From a virus, in the IMG/VR virus record IMGVR_UViG_3300035696_000007, positions 108,010-172,009 of that record: 64,000 bases of DNA, one strand, 5' to 3'. The notes below the pieces were generated by a model that ran no database searches, was not told the DNA's origin, and worked only from the letters and a program-made list of their open reading frames with translations. The position numbers and the translations under genes are program-made. Positions 20,563 to 30,342 of the stretch are shown piece by piece. Numbering within the stretch: the first letter of the stretch is position 1; every line of letters begins with the position of its first letter.

Positions 20563-21083
20563 AGCAGTCTCTCCCTCAAATGATTGTATGCCTGCCTCAG
20601 CCACACAAAAAACTCCTGCTGCGACGCACTGCCCTTCGCATAATTGCAACGCTTACAGCATGGAACGACGTTCGCCAAATCGTATCCCCCTGAGCTTTCC
20701 ACTCGATCCAGGCCGTTGTAAAGATGCAGACCTACGAACGGCTTACATGACCGCACGATAACCTGAGCCGGTGGTCTCCCACAATAGAAGCAGTTGGAGT
20801 TGGCCAGTGTCACGAAATCCTGAAAAGAAAGACTGAACTTGATCCCGCGCAGCCGTGCCGTGCTCGCGATGCCTCGGTAAAGCACCCTAAAGGCCACTTC
20901 CCTTTCAGGCAGTTTACGAGCGCACCCGCAGCTCTTCACCCTGACAATGTTGGACGACTTCTGCCTGAACACATTTCCACAACGCTTACACTTAGCCAGA
21001 TACCAACCTCCATCAAAACCGACCACTTTGACGTGTTCAGTCTCAAAAGAGAGGTACTTGAGTGGCGGATGCGGATGAGGCAC
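20556..21083 (-). mobile_element. free-standing HNH-type homing endonuclease
   Basis: CKRCG, SCGC, CFYCG, NGLDRVESSGGY..NVVPCCKRCNYAK; lower GC. Confidence 0.8.
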
Positions 21084-21131
21084 AAACTAACTATGGCGGG
21101 GCCGGGCCGCCGCCCGGTAGTTAGGCTGGCC

Positions 21132-21785
21132 ATGAGCGAAACCACGACAGGGACGGACACGCAGGACAACTACTTCTCCATCACCGCGCAGGGCATGGGA
21201 ATCGGCGAGGGCGGCCCCGCCCCGACCCCCTACGTCGGCGCCGTCCCGGCGACGATCCAGCCGAGCAACCCGCAGGGCTACGACGCGATCCTGAAGATCT
21301 GCGACGGGGCCGGGCCGCTCACCCTCGCGGGCATGACCGTCGCCCAGGGCCACGAGGACTCGGTCAACTTCACCAACGGCTGCCACGACATCCAGTTCTC
21401 CGGGGTCGTCGGCGCGGGCACGATCCGGGGGCTCCGGGCCATCACGATCAAGGGCCCCTGCAGGAACATAACCTTCGGGCCGACCGTCATCGACCAGCAC
21501 GGGACGGATGAGGACGTCAAGCTCGGCGACTGGCTGGACGAGTCCTACGGCGCCCCCGACCGGGTCGACCTCTCCAACATCACCATGCAGGACGGGTCCA
21601 AGGTCCAGGTCGTGGTCGGCCATTCCCCGTGGCCCAAGTACAACCCAAGCAAGCAGATCCTTTTCGGCTCCACGGCCGAGCTGAAGCTCTACTGGTGGTT
21701 CAAGCGGGGGGCGCGAATCCTCTGCGGGGTCAAGGTCGGCCAGCAGGGGCCCAAGAACTTCCTGGGGTTCATCGACCTCACCTGA
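21132..21785 (+). CDS. hypothetical protein, possible beta-helix
   Basis: TAGTTA motif upstream; GHEDSVNF..CHDI. Confidence 0.7.
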   Translation: MSETTTGTDTQDNYFSITAQGMGIGEGGPAPTPYVGAVPATIQPSNPQGYDAILKICDGAGPLTLAGMTVAQGHEDSVNFTNGCHDIQFSGVVGAGTIRGLRAITIKGPCRNITFGPTVIDQHGTDEDVKLGDWLDESYGAPDRVDLSNITMQDGSKVQVVVGHSPWPKYNPSKQILFGSTAELKLYWWFKRGARILCGVKVGQQGPKNFLGFIDLT

Positions 21786-22147
21786 TGCTGAACACGCGGG
21801 GCATAACCCAGGTCGCGGTCGGCCTGAGCCGGGACTTGAGCAAGCGGGGGGCCGAGTTCGCGTTCGACCTGAACGAGAGGAGCCGCCCCTACCGCCGCAT
21901 CGGGCAGTGGGCGCAGGGGGTGTGGCTCAAGTGGCGCGTCATCCTCGCGGCGGCCTTCGTCAACCTCGTGGTGTCGAACGGGCTGGAGGTGACGGTCAAG
22001 GGCGCGCTGCACTGGCACTGGGCCTTCGCGTGCGTCGACGGGATGGGGATGTCGTGGAAGGCCGCGGTGGCGCAGGCGATCCTGCACTCGCTCTGGAGCG
22101 GCGCGACCCACATCGCCGGGCAGAAGAAGGTGTCGGACGCCGGCTAG
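21785..22147 (+). CDS. membrane protein
   Basis: hydrophobic, TGATG coupling. Confidence 0.6.
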   Translation: MLNTRGITQVAVGLSRDLSKRGAEFAFDLNERSRPYRRIGQWAQGVWLKWRVILAAAFVNLVVSNGLEVTVKGALHWHWAFACVDGMGMSWKAAVAQAILHSLWSGATHIAGQKKVSDAG

Positions 22148-22764
22148 TGCATCCACTGCATGCTCTCGACGCGCTCGTCGCCATGCAGGGCGGCGTCGAT
22201 GGCGTCCTCGATCTTGGCGATGAGGGCGCCGTGGTGCTTGGGGTCAGCCACGACATCCAGCGAATAGACGTCACCAGTGCCACCCGCGGGAATAATCTCA
22301 ACGCCAAAGGTACGCTCGGCGGAAGGCTCGTCGTCGCCTCCCCCGGCGCCCTCGGCCTCGTGAACTTGAGACTCCTCGGGCTCCTCAGGATCATCCTCGT
22401 CAGGCTCAAGTCGGTATTTGAAGCCGCACTCCGGGCACTGGCAGATCTGGTAGACCGTTTCGCGCGTCTTCGGGTCGGTGACGTCCTTCAGAATGTCCAC
22501 GCGCCGGCCGCACTTGGGGCATGTGGGCGGCTGCTCCGACATAAGCCAAACATCCAGGTCCTCCTTCACGCGGGGGCCCGCCGGCATGGTCTGGTCGAGC
22601 CTGCTCAGCTCCGCGAAGGTGGGCGAGCGGCCCGCGCCGCGGTCGCGGCGGCCCTTGCGCTTGCGCGGCCACATCCCGGCCATGGGCGAGGCGCTCACGG
22701 GGCACTCCAGCAATTTGTCGACGAGCGTCCGGCCCGCCTGTTCCACCCTGTCGAGATCAGTCAT
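22144..22764 (-). CDS. Zn-ribbon protein with LVDKLLE motif
   Basis: CPKC..CPEC; TAGTTA-N4-ATG. Confidence 0.7.
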   Translation of the reverse strand: MTDLDRVEQAGRTLVDKLLECPVSASPMAGMWPRKRKGRRDRGAGRSPTFAELSRLDQTMPAGPRVKEDLDVWLMSEQPPTCPKCGRRVDILKDVTDPKTRETVYQICQCPECGFKYRLEPDEDDPEEPEESQVHEAEGAGGGDDEPSAERTFGVEIIPAGGTGDVYSLDVVADPKHHGALIAKIEDAIDAALHGDERVESMQWMH

Positions 22765-22771
22765 GCCCTAA

Positions 22772-22990
22772 CTACTGGGGCACGAGCGTGGTGGAGCACT
22801 CCTCGATGGCGAGGCGGACTTCGCAGGGCAGCTCGGAGTCCGGCACGGCGACGCAGTTGCGGCAGCGCGTGACGACGTGGCCGAAGTCGTCGAGCACGAC
22901 GTAGTAGGTCGTGCCGCGGTCCCCGACGGCCGTCAGGTGCAGCCACCCCTCGAAGTCCACGGTCCGGTTGATCTGGAAGATCTCATCCAT
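22772..22990 (-). CDS. hypothetical protein
   Basis: short ORF. Confidence 0.55.
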   Translation of the reverse strand: MDEIFQINRTVDFEGWLHLTAVGDRGTTYYVVLDDFGHVVTRCRNCVAVPDSELPCEVRLAIEECSTTLVPQ

Positions 22991-23124
22991 CGGATTCGAC
23001 GATACGCAAACAGGGCTGAAAGTAAACAACAAAAGTAAACATCATCCTGCGCGGCCAGTGGTTACGCGAAGTCGTAGACATTATTTTGTTTACAACTCCG
23101 ACCCGCCTGTGGTAGCTTCCAGGC

Positions 23125-23664
23125 ATGACCAGGATCACGCCCAAGAACATCAGGCGCCTGCGCGCCCGCGCGGGCCTCAGCCAAACGAAGCTGGCCGAGA
23201 AACTCGGCTGGCCGCCCAAGAAGGCCTCCATGATCTCGTGCTGGGAGCGGGGCGTCTGCCAGCCCTCGCTGATCGAGAGGCGCCAGTTGCGCGAGCTGAT
23301 GCGCTCGACCCCGGTGACGCGTGCGCTTGGCATGGTCCGGGAGAGCCGCGCCAGGATGAACAGGTATTCCGGCGACCAGCGCGCAAAGTTGGAGGCGGCG
23401 GCGCGGAAAAAGCTGGCGAAGGAGGGCGCGCCCAAGACCGAGATGGTCTGGCACCCGCCGCTGGAGCAGCAGTGCGAGGCGCTGATCGGGGCGATGGCCG
23501 ACATCGTCGAGCTGGCCGACCAAATCAAGGACCCGGAGGTCTTCAGGCGCCACGCCCGGAAGATCGCCGATCGCAGCCGCTTCCTCTCGATGCAGTGCCG
23601 GCTGACCATCTCCGACGCGGCCGCGCGCAAGCTGGTGCGCGACCCCAAGGCCGCGAGGTCCTAG
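23125..23664 (+). CDS. XRE-family HTH transcriptional regulator
   Basis: IRRLRARAGLSQTKLAEKLG..ISCWERG..PS. Confidence 0.8.
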   Translation: MTRITPKNIRRLRARAGLSQTKLAEKLGWPPKKASMISCWERGVCQPSLIERRQLRELMRSTPVTRALGMVRESRARMNRYSGDQRAKLEAAARKKLAKEGAPKTEMVWHPPLEQQCEALIGAMADIVELADQIKDPEVFRRHARKIADRSRFLSMQCRLTISDAAARKLVRDPKAARS

Positions 23665-24311
23665 GCGGGCCGGAACACGACCAGGGCCGACGGGAAGGGG
23701 GCCGGGCGGGGCGCGCCGCCGAAGGTGAGGCGCCCGCGGATGAAGCGGGTCTCGCCCTTCATGGCGTAGTCGTGCCACCAGGCCGTGTCGGTGCGGGCGG
23801 GCACGAGGCAGACGACGAGGCTGCTCTCGTACGCCTTCTGCATCCACCTGCCGATCTCGCGCCCGTAGGGCGGGTTCATCCAGACGCGCCCGCGCCAGGG
23901 CCGCGACAAGCCGTCCTGGGCCCGCGTGTAGTAGCGCCGGGCCTTGGCGTTCCCCGGGGTGGCGCAGGCGTCGAGGTCGAACGGGCCGAACTCGGCCTCG
24001 ACCTCCTTGAAGAGGGTGTCGGGCGTCGCCCACTCGTCGGTGACGCTGGAGAACGCCTGGCGGCTTCGGAAGAACGGGGTGGCGGCCTCGCAGGCGAGCA
24101 GCCGGCCCACCAGGGCCAGGGCCTCGGCCCTCACGGAGGGGGCCGGCGGGCCGACCCTGAACACCTGCCCCGGCTTGGCGCGGCGGAGGGCGCCGGCCTG
24201 GGCGAGCGCCCTGGCGCGGTCGCGCCTGCCGGGCGGGACGCGCCTGACCTCGGACCACCCGGCCTCCGGGGCGCCGCGGCCCTTGGCGTAGATCCTGTAG
24301 GGCTCGGCCAT
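23661..24311 (-). CDS. dam: phage DNA N6-adenine methyltransferase (Dam family)
   Basis: DEWATP, FDLDACA, WMNPPYG, LVPARTDTAWW. Confidence 0.9.
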   Translation of the reverse strand: MAEPYRIYAKGRGAPEAGWSEVRRVPPGRRDRARALAQAGALRRAKPGQVFRVGPPAPSVRAEALALVGRLLACEAATPFFRSRQAFSSVTDEWATPDTLFKEVEAEFGPFDLDACATPGNAKARRYYTRAQDGLSRPWRGRVWMNPPYGREIGRWMQKAYESSLVVCLVPARTDTAWWHDYAMKGETRFIRGRLTFGGAPRPAPFPSALVVFRPA

Positions 24312-24580
24312 CAGCGTGGCCCGATGAGCCGGTTGACCAGCTCGACCGCCGCGGGGTCCCCCCGTCCGCGCCGGGGCGGCGGCTGGACGGTTCGGACGAC
24401 CTCGCCGTGGGGGTAGAGGATGTGCAGGGCGGCCTCCGGGCAGTAGCCGTAGCTCTTGCCGTCGGGGTCGCGCTCGGCGAACTCGTCCGCGTGATGCCTC
24501 TCGTCGACCACGGCGATCGGCAGGCCCGAGTCGCGGGCCGCCTGCTCGGCGCCTTCCACAGCGTCCTTCAGCGTTGCCAT
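24311..24580 (-). CDS. hypothetical protein
   Basis: TAGTTA-N4-ATG. Confidence 0.65.
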   Translation of the reverse strand: MATLKDAVEGAEQAARDSGLPIAVVDERHHADEFAERDPDGKSYGYCPEAALHILYPHGEVVRTVQPPPRRGRGDPAAVELVNRLIGPR

Positions 24581-24583
24581 GCC

Positions 24584-24811
24584 CTAACTATCGAGCTCGG
24601 CGGCGAGGTGGGCGACGACCTTCCGGTACTCCGGCCGGAGCACGGGGTGCATGCCGACGAACCAGTCGGCGCCGAACTCGGCGAGCTGCTGCGTCGTGCG
24701 CCTCGGGTCGTCCGGGTCAGACTGGGCCATGCACATCAGGCCGTAGGCGGCGTGCAGGTCGCTCGCCTCCTCGTCGGTCAGCAGCTCAAGCTCAAGGCGG
24801 TCTTCTCCCAT
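24584..24811 (-). CDS. hypothetical protein
   Basis: TAGTTA-N5-ATG. Confidence 0.6.
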   Translation of the reverse strand: MGEDRLELELLTDEEASDLHAAYGLMCMAQSDPDDPRRTTQQLAEFGADWFVGMHPVLRPEYRKVVAHLAAELDS

Positions 24812-24941
24812 CCTTCTAACTACACCACTAATCGCAGCGCAACACAGACAAAAACATCATAAGCGAATGTTGTTTACTTTTCCCGGCAAAGCGGGTGGAA
24901 AAGCAGTTCTCTCCTTGGAACAACCGAACAAAGAAACCCAC

Positions 24942-25790
24942 ATGCACTCGAAACGAGCCCCATACTCAAAGCTGGAAACCCTGACCCCGAAACTCGCAGA
25001 CCACCTCCTAGAAACCCTCACCCACGGCCCGCTCAACATCGACCAGGTATCCTTCCTGGCGACCGAACTGAGGGAGAATCGGTGGAGGAAGTTCCCGGGG
25101 GCCATAATGATCGCCGACGCCGAGCGCGTGCTGGTCGACGGCGCTCACCGGTGCGGGGCTTGCTCCCTCACCGGAATCTCGTTCCCGGTGTACATCTGGC
25201 ACAACGTGCCGGCGGACACCAACCCCGACCTCGGCATAAGGGGCCACTCCCTGGCCGAGGCGATGAAGCTCAACAAGAACATCGTGTCTGCCGCCCGCCA
25301 GCTCGCCGCCGCGTGCTGCAAGCACCACCCCGTCAAGATGAGCATGGGATCGACCCTGATAGTGCTGGACGAGTTCCAGGGCGACATCGAGCGCGTGACC
25401 AAGGCCATGGCGGGCTTCAGGGCGGGGAAGCACGCGTGGGTCGTCGGCGCGCTCGCGCTGGCCTGCGGGGCGGACCCGGGGACGATCCCGTTCATCGAGG
25501 CCTTCGGCTCGGGCGAAGGCCTCCACCGGGGCGACCCCGCCAAGGCGGCGCGGCAGTGGCTCACCAACAACGAGCCGAGCGGCCACGACCACAACCACGG
25601 GGCGGCCGTCGAGACACTGCTCATCGCCGCCTACCACGCCGCGATGGGCGAGCAGATCACCGTGCTGCGGCGCAGCGACCAGGGGCTCAACTACTTCCTC
25701 GGCAGGAAAGCCGGGTTCGTCAAGGCCCTCCGCTCGGCGCTCACGCTCCTGCTGCCCCGCCCGCGCACCCAGCCCGTAGTTAGGGCGTGA
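24942..25790 (+). CDS. ParB/DGQHR-like domain protein
   Basis: ETLTPKLA...LVDGAHR. Confidence 0.65.
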   Translation: MHSKRAPYSKLETLTPKLADHLLETLTHGPLNIDQVSFLATELRENRWRKFPGAIMIADAERVLVDGAHRCGACSLTGISFPVYIWHNVPADTNPDLGIRGHSLAEAMKLNKNIVSAARQLAAACCKHHPVKMSMGSTLIVLDEFQGDIERVTKAMAGFRAGKHAWVVGALALACGADPGTIPFIEAFGSGEGLHRGDPAKAARQWLTNNEPSGHDHNHGAAVETLLIAAYHAAMGEQITVLRRSDQGLNYFLGRKAGFVKALRSALTLLLPRPRTQPVVRA

Positions 25791-26293
25791 CCGACTACAG
25801 GAAGCTTGTGCGCAGGTTCCCGGGGGACGACGACGCCTCGTTCGAGGCGAGGGCGGCGCGCGCCGGGGACCTGGGGATCGAGGACATGGAGGACGGCGAC
25901 CTCACGCCCGCGGGCCTCAAGGCCAAGGCCGAGGCGGTCCGCGAGATCGGGGGCGACTTCTGGGACGAGTACCGGGGGATGCACCCGGGGCTGCGCGAGC
26001 GGGCACGCCACGAGTCCCGCGCCAAGCGGGAGCTGGAGGGGCTCCTCGGCGAGTCGGCCCTGGTGTGGACCGAGATGCTCACCAAGGCGTGGGCCGAGGG
26101 CAAGCGGTTCCTCATGCTGCCGCAGCGCGGCGCGGCCGAGCTCCTGGCCACGAGGGAGGAGGCCCTGCGCCTCGGCAAGAACTTCGAAAGCGTCGCCATC
26201 CCCTACGCCGTCTTCTCCGTGCGCGAGCTGGTCGGGGCGACCCACCAGGCGGCCTACAACCAGCCCATGACGGCGCGCGGCTCCCCGCAATGA
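25787..26293 (+). CDS. hypothetical protein
   Basis: TAGTTA-N4-GTG. Confidence 0.65.
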   Translation: MTDYRKLVRRFPGDDDASFEARAARAGDLGIEDMEDGDLTPAGLKAKAEAVREIGGDFWDEYRGMHPGLRERARHESRAKRELEGLLGESALVWTEMLTKAWAEGKRFLMLPQRGAAELLATREEALRLGKNFESVAIPYAVFSVRELVGATHQAAYNQPMTARGSPQ

Positions 26294-26802
26294 ACCCCCC
26301 TGACAGCAGAGCGCGCCGGGCGGTGGACCGCCTCGTGGAGGCGGAGGCCGTCACGGCGATGGACAAGGCGACCGCCAAGCGCATCCACCACGAGGCGGAC
26401 GACCTGATGAGGACGCTGGCCGAGGACCTAGGGATGCAGCACGCCGGCAAGGGCGGCAGCTACAGCTAGGACACCTTCACCTATCGCTGCGAGTTCAAGC
26501 TCAAGACGGTCGGGGGCGTCCCCGCCGAGGAGGCGAGGTTCAAGCGCGAGTGCTACCTCTTCGACTTGGAGCCGTCCGACTACGGGGCGGTGATCACCAT
26601 CAACCGCGAGCAGTGGAGGCTGACGGGGCTGCAGCCGAACCGGTCGAAGTTCCCGCTGGTGTTCACCCGCGTCAGCGACGGCAAGCAGCTGCTCTTCACC
26701 GACGACCAGGTCGACAGAGTGAAGGCGGCCCGCAAGGGCGGGGCGCCGCCACCACCAGCAGCACCGATGAAGCCCTTTGCGCCGCGGGCGCCGGAGACAT
26801 AG
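26290..26802 (+). pseudogene. phage protein interrupted by an in-frame amber codon
   Basis: ...GGSYS*DTFTYRCEFKL...LEPSDYG reads on in frame past TAG 26467-26469. Confidence 0.65.
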
Positions 26803-27128
26803 TCAGACCGTCGGGTCCTCGAAGTCCTCGAACGGGTTCCCCTCGCACATGACGGCGAGCGGGACGGGGGTTATGGTGCCGTCGCGGTTGCGCTGCATCG
26901 CGGCGACGAGCGCCACGGGCTTCTTGTCCGCCTTTCGGACGGCGGAGATCAGCCCGAGGTCCCCCTCCTTGGCGGCCCGGAGGAGCATGCTGAAGTTCTT
27001 GCGGTAGCCGACGTAAGAGGGGGCGGGGTGGGCCCCTCCCCGGCCGGGGCGTCGCCCCGCTGCGCCCCCTCGTCAGCTTCCAGCAGCTTGTCGACAATCT
27101 TTCTGGCCCGCTCGGCGTCTCGGTTCAT
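26803..27128 (-). pseudogene. frameshifted protein (IVDKLLE leader + DUF6117-like domain)
   Basis: ATG 27128 frame differs from the SYVGYRKNFSMLLRAAKEGDL...GNPFE frame; switch in C/G runs ~27020-27050. Confidence 0.5.
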
Positions 27129-27197
27129 GCCCTAACTACAGCCCCTACGTTGTAAGCAAAAAGAGTTATGACCAGAAAGGGGTGCGGAGACAGCTCA

Positions 27198-27604
27198 CCG
27201 CGGCTCGGCGAGGTGTCGTTGTCGGCAGACACCTCGCCCTTAGTTGCGCGCGTGCGCCCGCGCGAGGGCGGGCGCCGCAGGTGGGCGGGGTGGCGCATAA
27301 GCCGGCTGAGGGGCCGGCTGGAACGGTTGCCGCCGGTCTTCCCATGACGCGGCCCGTGCTCGCCCAACTCCAAATGAGGCGGCGGCCATCCGGCCCGCAT
27401 GGTGCGTTCGAACCGGTTTCATCTGCCCCATCCGATATGGCTCAATCCTGACGGCTAGCGGCTAAGACAAGGAGCACGCCGGGGTGTCAGGCTCGATGAA
27501 CACGTATGGCTTAGAGTTGCGGCACGCGCGCAAGCGCAACGAACAACGGCCCGTGCGGAGGCGACGGCACCCCGGCGGCAACCGGTAAGAACTGCAAACC
27601 GCGG
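27198..27604. ncRNA. candidate large structured RNA
   Basis: no convincing ORF; several perfect long-range helices (see findings). Confidence 0.5.
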
Positions 27605-27609
27605 CCAAG

Positions 27610-28317
27610 TCACCTGCCGGACGGCGACCACGGCTGGAGCCCCGGGTAGGGGCGCCCGATGGTCTTAACCACCGCGCCGGGCCAGCGCTCGTGCAACAGA
27701 TGCGCGATGACCGAGTCCAGATGCTCGGCCTCGACGCCGGCGGGAACCATGATGTTCTGGCGGTTCACCCCGACCTCCGCGCCGACGTCCACGGTGAACT
27801 CGACGCCATAGGTCTTCGGGCCCTGGTCGAAATCGGCCTCCTCCAAGCCCCCCTCCACCTCTTCCTCCTCCGGGTGCTCGGCCTCCCAGCCCTCCAAGAA
27901 GTCGCCCCAGCTCGTCCACAGGAACTCCTCGGTCTCGCTGTCCAACAGGAGCGTGTTCTCGTAGGTGTCGCCCATGTTGACGTACGTGGCGATGATGTCC
28001 CCGTAGTAGCCGTCCACCCAGGCGTCCTCCTTGTGGATCGCCTCGACGCCGTAGCCCTCCAGGACCTCGTTGGCGGCCTCAAGGATCTTCTCCTCGTCCG
28101 AAGGCTCGTTGTAGCACTGGCCGACCCAGTCCTGCACAGACTTGAAGGACATCGGATCGAGCTCGCCTCTCACCAGCTGTCGGATCTGCTCAGGTGCACC
28201 AGCCAGGCCTAGGTCACCCCGCGGAACAGGGGCACCGCCGCCCGGACCAGCGAGACGGTCTCTCGCGGCCATGCTCACCTCGACCAACGAATCCAGTATG
28301 CTGCGGGCGTTGCTCAT
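27610..28317 (-). CDS. acidic hypothetical protein with ARSILDSLVE N-terminus
   Basis: TAGTTA-N4-ATG; YVNMGDTYENT motif. Confidence 0.75.
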   Translation of the reverse strand: MSNARSILDSLVEVSMAARDRLAGPGGGAPVPRGDLGLAGAPEQIRQLVRGELDPMSFKSVQDWVGQCYNEPSDEEKILEAANEVLEGYGVEAIHKEDAWVDGYYGDIIATYVNMGDTYENTLLLDSETEEFLWTSWGDFLEGWEAEHPEEEEVEGGLEEADFDQGPKTYGVEFTVDVGAEVGVNRQNIMVPAGVEAEHLDSVIAHLLHERWPGAVVKTIGRPYPGLQPWSPSGR

Positions 28318-28324
28318 GGCCTAA

Positions 28325-30046
28325 CTACTTGTCCAAGTCGGCTGCCTCATATCCGGCGCCGATGGAGTCCGGCCCCAAACAAGGCCAGAAGAAGCTGAAC
28401 CCGCGCGTCTTCTCCAGCTCGGCGACGAGGGCCAGCGACCCGCGGCGCATCGCCGAGGTCTGCCGGTCAATGAAGAGGGTCACGTGCGCCTCGTTCTCCC
28501 CGGCAGGCTTCCTGCGGATGAAGCGCCCGATCATCTGCCGGGCGACGTCCGGCCCGGCCACGTAGTCGGCGATGACCCCGGCCTTGAGCTCCGGCAGCGA
28601 CACGCCCTCCTTGACGAGCGGCGAGACGAGGACGGCCCCCGGCGTGCCGACCAGCCAGGCAAAGGCCTCGTCGCGGGTCTTCGAAGTGTCCTCGCCGGTG
28701 AGGGTGCGCACCTCGGCCAGCCCGGCCTCGGCCAACAGGGTCTCGATGATGAGGACGTGCAAGGTACGGGTAGCGATGACCAGGGTCGGCCAACCCTTGG
28801 AGACATAATGCCTGACCCACTCGACGACCAGCCGGTTGCGATCCCTGAAGCGGACGACGCCCTCATCATGCTGCCGATGGAGGAGGCACCAGCGGCTCTC
28901 CACCTCGAACTCGCCGCCCTCGTCCAGCTCGATGAGGTGCTTGTTGATGACCACGGTGGGCTCCTTCCTGGCGTTGCGCACGATCACGCCGCGCTCGTCG
29001 CGCTCGTAGACCGGCCCGACGTAGGTGCCCCGCTTCCAACCCTCGCCCATCAGGCACCAGGCCTTGGTGCCCTTCTTCGCCCGGTTGGGCAAATCCTGGA
29101 AGCGGTTGTTCCACTCCGGGCAGTCGACGAGGTAGAGGATGGGCTTGGCGACGCGCCCGACCTCGATGAGCGGCGCGAGAGTCGTGCGATGGCGGGCGGG
29201 CCCGAAGGCACCCTCGACGGCCAGCCCGCGCATCTTGTCCTGCGGGCGGCTGCTGTCCTTGACCGAGGCAGAGGCCCCGAAGCGGAAGAAGGTGGGGATG
29301 TCGCCGACGACCTTCCGGGTCGCCGGGGCGCCGACGTGGTGCACCTCGTCGAACAGGAGGCCGGAGAAGGTCTTGTACCAGCCGGAGACTAAGAACCGGT
29401 CATGGTTACGGTTGAGCGAGGCCATCGTGGCCACGACCATGTCCCGCCCCGTCTCCGACTTCACCCCGCCGCCGAACTGCGACACCCTCAGGGAGGGTGC
29501 TAGCTTCCTAGCCTCCTTGACAACCTGGCGGACGAGCCGCTCGGAGGGCGTGACGTAGAGGAACCGGGCGTCGGGGAAGCGCCGGCGGATGAGGAGGGCG
29601 ACGGAGAAGAGGACGGCGGTCTTGCCGCCGGAGGTGGTGATCTCGACGGTGCCGAAGGCGTTGCGGCAAAGCTCGGCCACGCAAGTCCGCTGGTCGAGGT
29701 CGAGGGTCAGGCCCTTGAGCAAGTCGGGCGGCACGTCGTCGACGGTGATCCCGGCGAGCGGCTTGCGCCGCTCTTTCCATTCGACCTCGATGTCCTCCTG
29801 CGCGGCGGCCGCCAGCAGCCGCTCCTGGTGGCCCCGCTGCACCCACGCCTGGTCGCGGGCGACGCGGTGCACCAGCGTTAGCGTGCCATCCCAGCCACTC
29901 TTACCGTCGGTGCGCTTCCACAGCTGGTACTTCGGCGATCGCCAGTACTCCGGCGGGTGGAACCGAAGGCGCTCCACGAGGGCGTCCAGCTCGCCCCTCT
30001 CGCCCTTGAGCCAGACCCGCACGTTGGATTCTTCGAGCGTAACCAT
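28325..30046 (-). CDS. uvsW: SF2 DNA helicase, UvsW-like
   Basis: TTSGGKT, FDEVHH, GASAS, EGVSLP, QMIGRFIR. Confidence 0.85.
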   Translation of the reverse strand: MVTLEESNVRVWLKGERGELDALVERLRFHPPEYWRSPKYQLWKRTDGKSGWDGTLTLVHRVARDQAWVQRGHQERLLAAAAQEDIEVEWKERRKPLAGITVDDVPPDLLKGLTLDLDQRTCVAELCRNAFGTVEITTSGGKTAVLFSVALLIRRRFPDARFLYVTPSERLVRQVVKEARKLAPSLRVSQFGGGVKSETGRDMVVATMASLNRNHDRFLVSGWYKTFSGLLFDEVHHVGAPATRKVVGDIPTFFRFGASASVKDSSRPQDKMRGLAVEGAFGPARHRTTLAPLIEVGRVAKPILYLVDCPEWNNRFQDLPNRAKKGTKAWCLMGEGWKRGTYVGPVYERDERGVIVRNARKEPTVVINKHLIELDEGGEFEVESRWCLLHRQHDEGVVRFRDRNRLVVEWVRHYVSKGWPTLVIATRTLHVLIIETLLAEAGLAEVRTLTGEDTSKTRDEAFAWLVGTPGAVLVSPLVKEGVSLPELKAGVIADYVAGPDVARQMIGRFIRRKPAGENEAHVTLFIDRQTSAMRRGSLALVAELEKTRGFSFFWPCLGPDSIGAGYEAADLDK

Positions 30047-30047
30047 A

Positions 30048-30293
30048 TCAGTCGGAGGCCGGGATGTTCTCCCAGCAGCTCTCGCCGCGCCTCCGCTGCC
30101 AGACCGCCCCTGGCTTCCTTGTCGCGAGGGCAACCTGCTTCGCATCCGTGGCCACGCCGCCGTGGGTGTCCATGTCGTACTGCGAGACACCCATCAGCCG
30201 GAACGCCGCGGTCTTCGTCCGGGCCGCGACGATCCTCAACCCCTCGGGGCACCGCACATAGTAGACTTGGATGGCATCCCTGCTGACGTTCAT
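30048..30293 (-). CDS. hypothetical protein
   Basis: short ORF with TGTTTAC motif upstream. Confidence 0.55.
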   Translation of the reverse strand: MNVSRDAIQVYYVRCPEGLRIVAARTKTAAFRLMGVSQYDMDTHGGVATDAKQVALATRKPGAVWQRRRGESCWENIPASD

Positions 30294-30342
30294 CTCACCC
30301 CCATATAGTCTATGACATTTTGGCCGTAAACAAAAAAGTGGC

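Noticed and set aside
26467-26469. Genome-wide TAG reassignment
   Set aside because: Many genes end cleanly at TAG and no suppressor tRNA was found in the window.
27180-27600. tmRNA or group II intron
   Set aside because: An ADND-like frame and GTGCG occur, but no tRNA-like domain with CCA and no convincing domain V or maturase.
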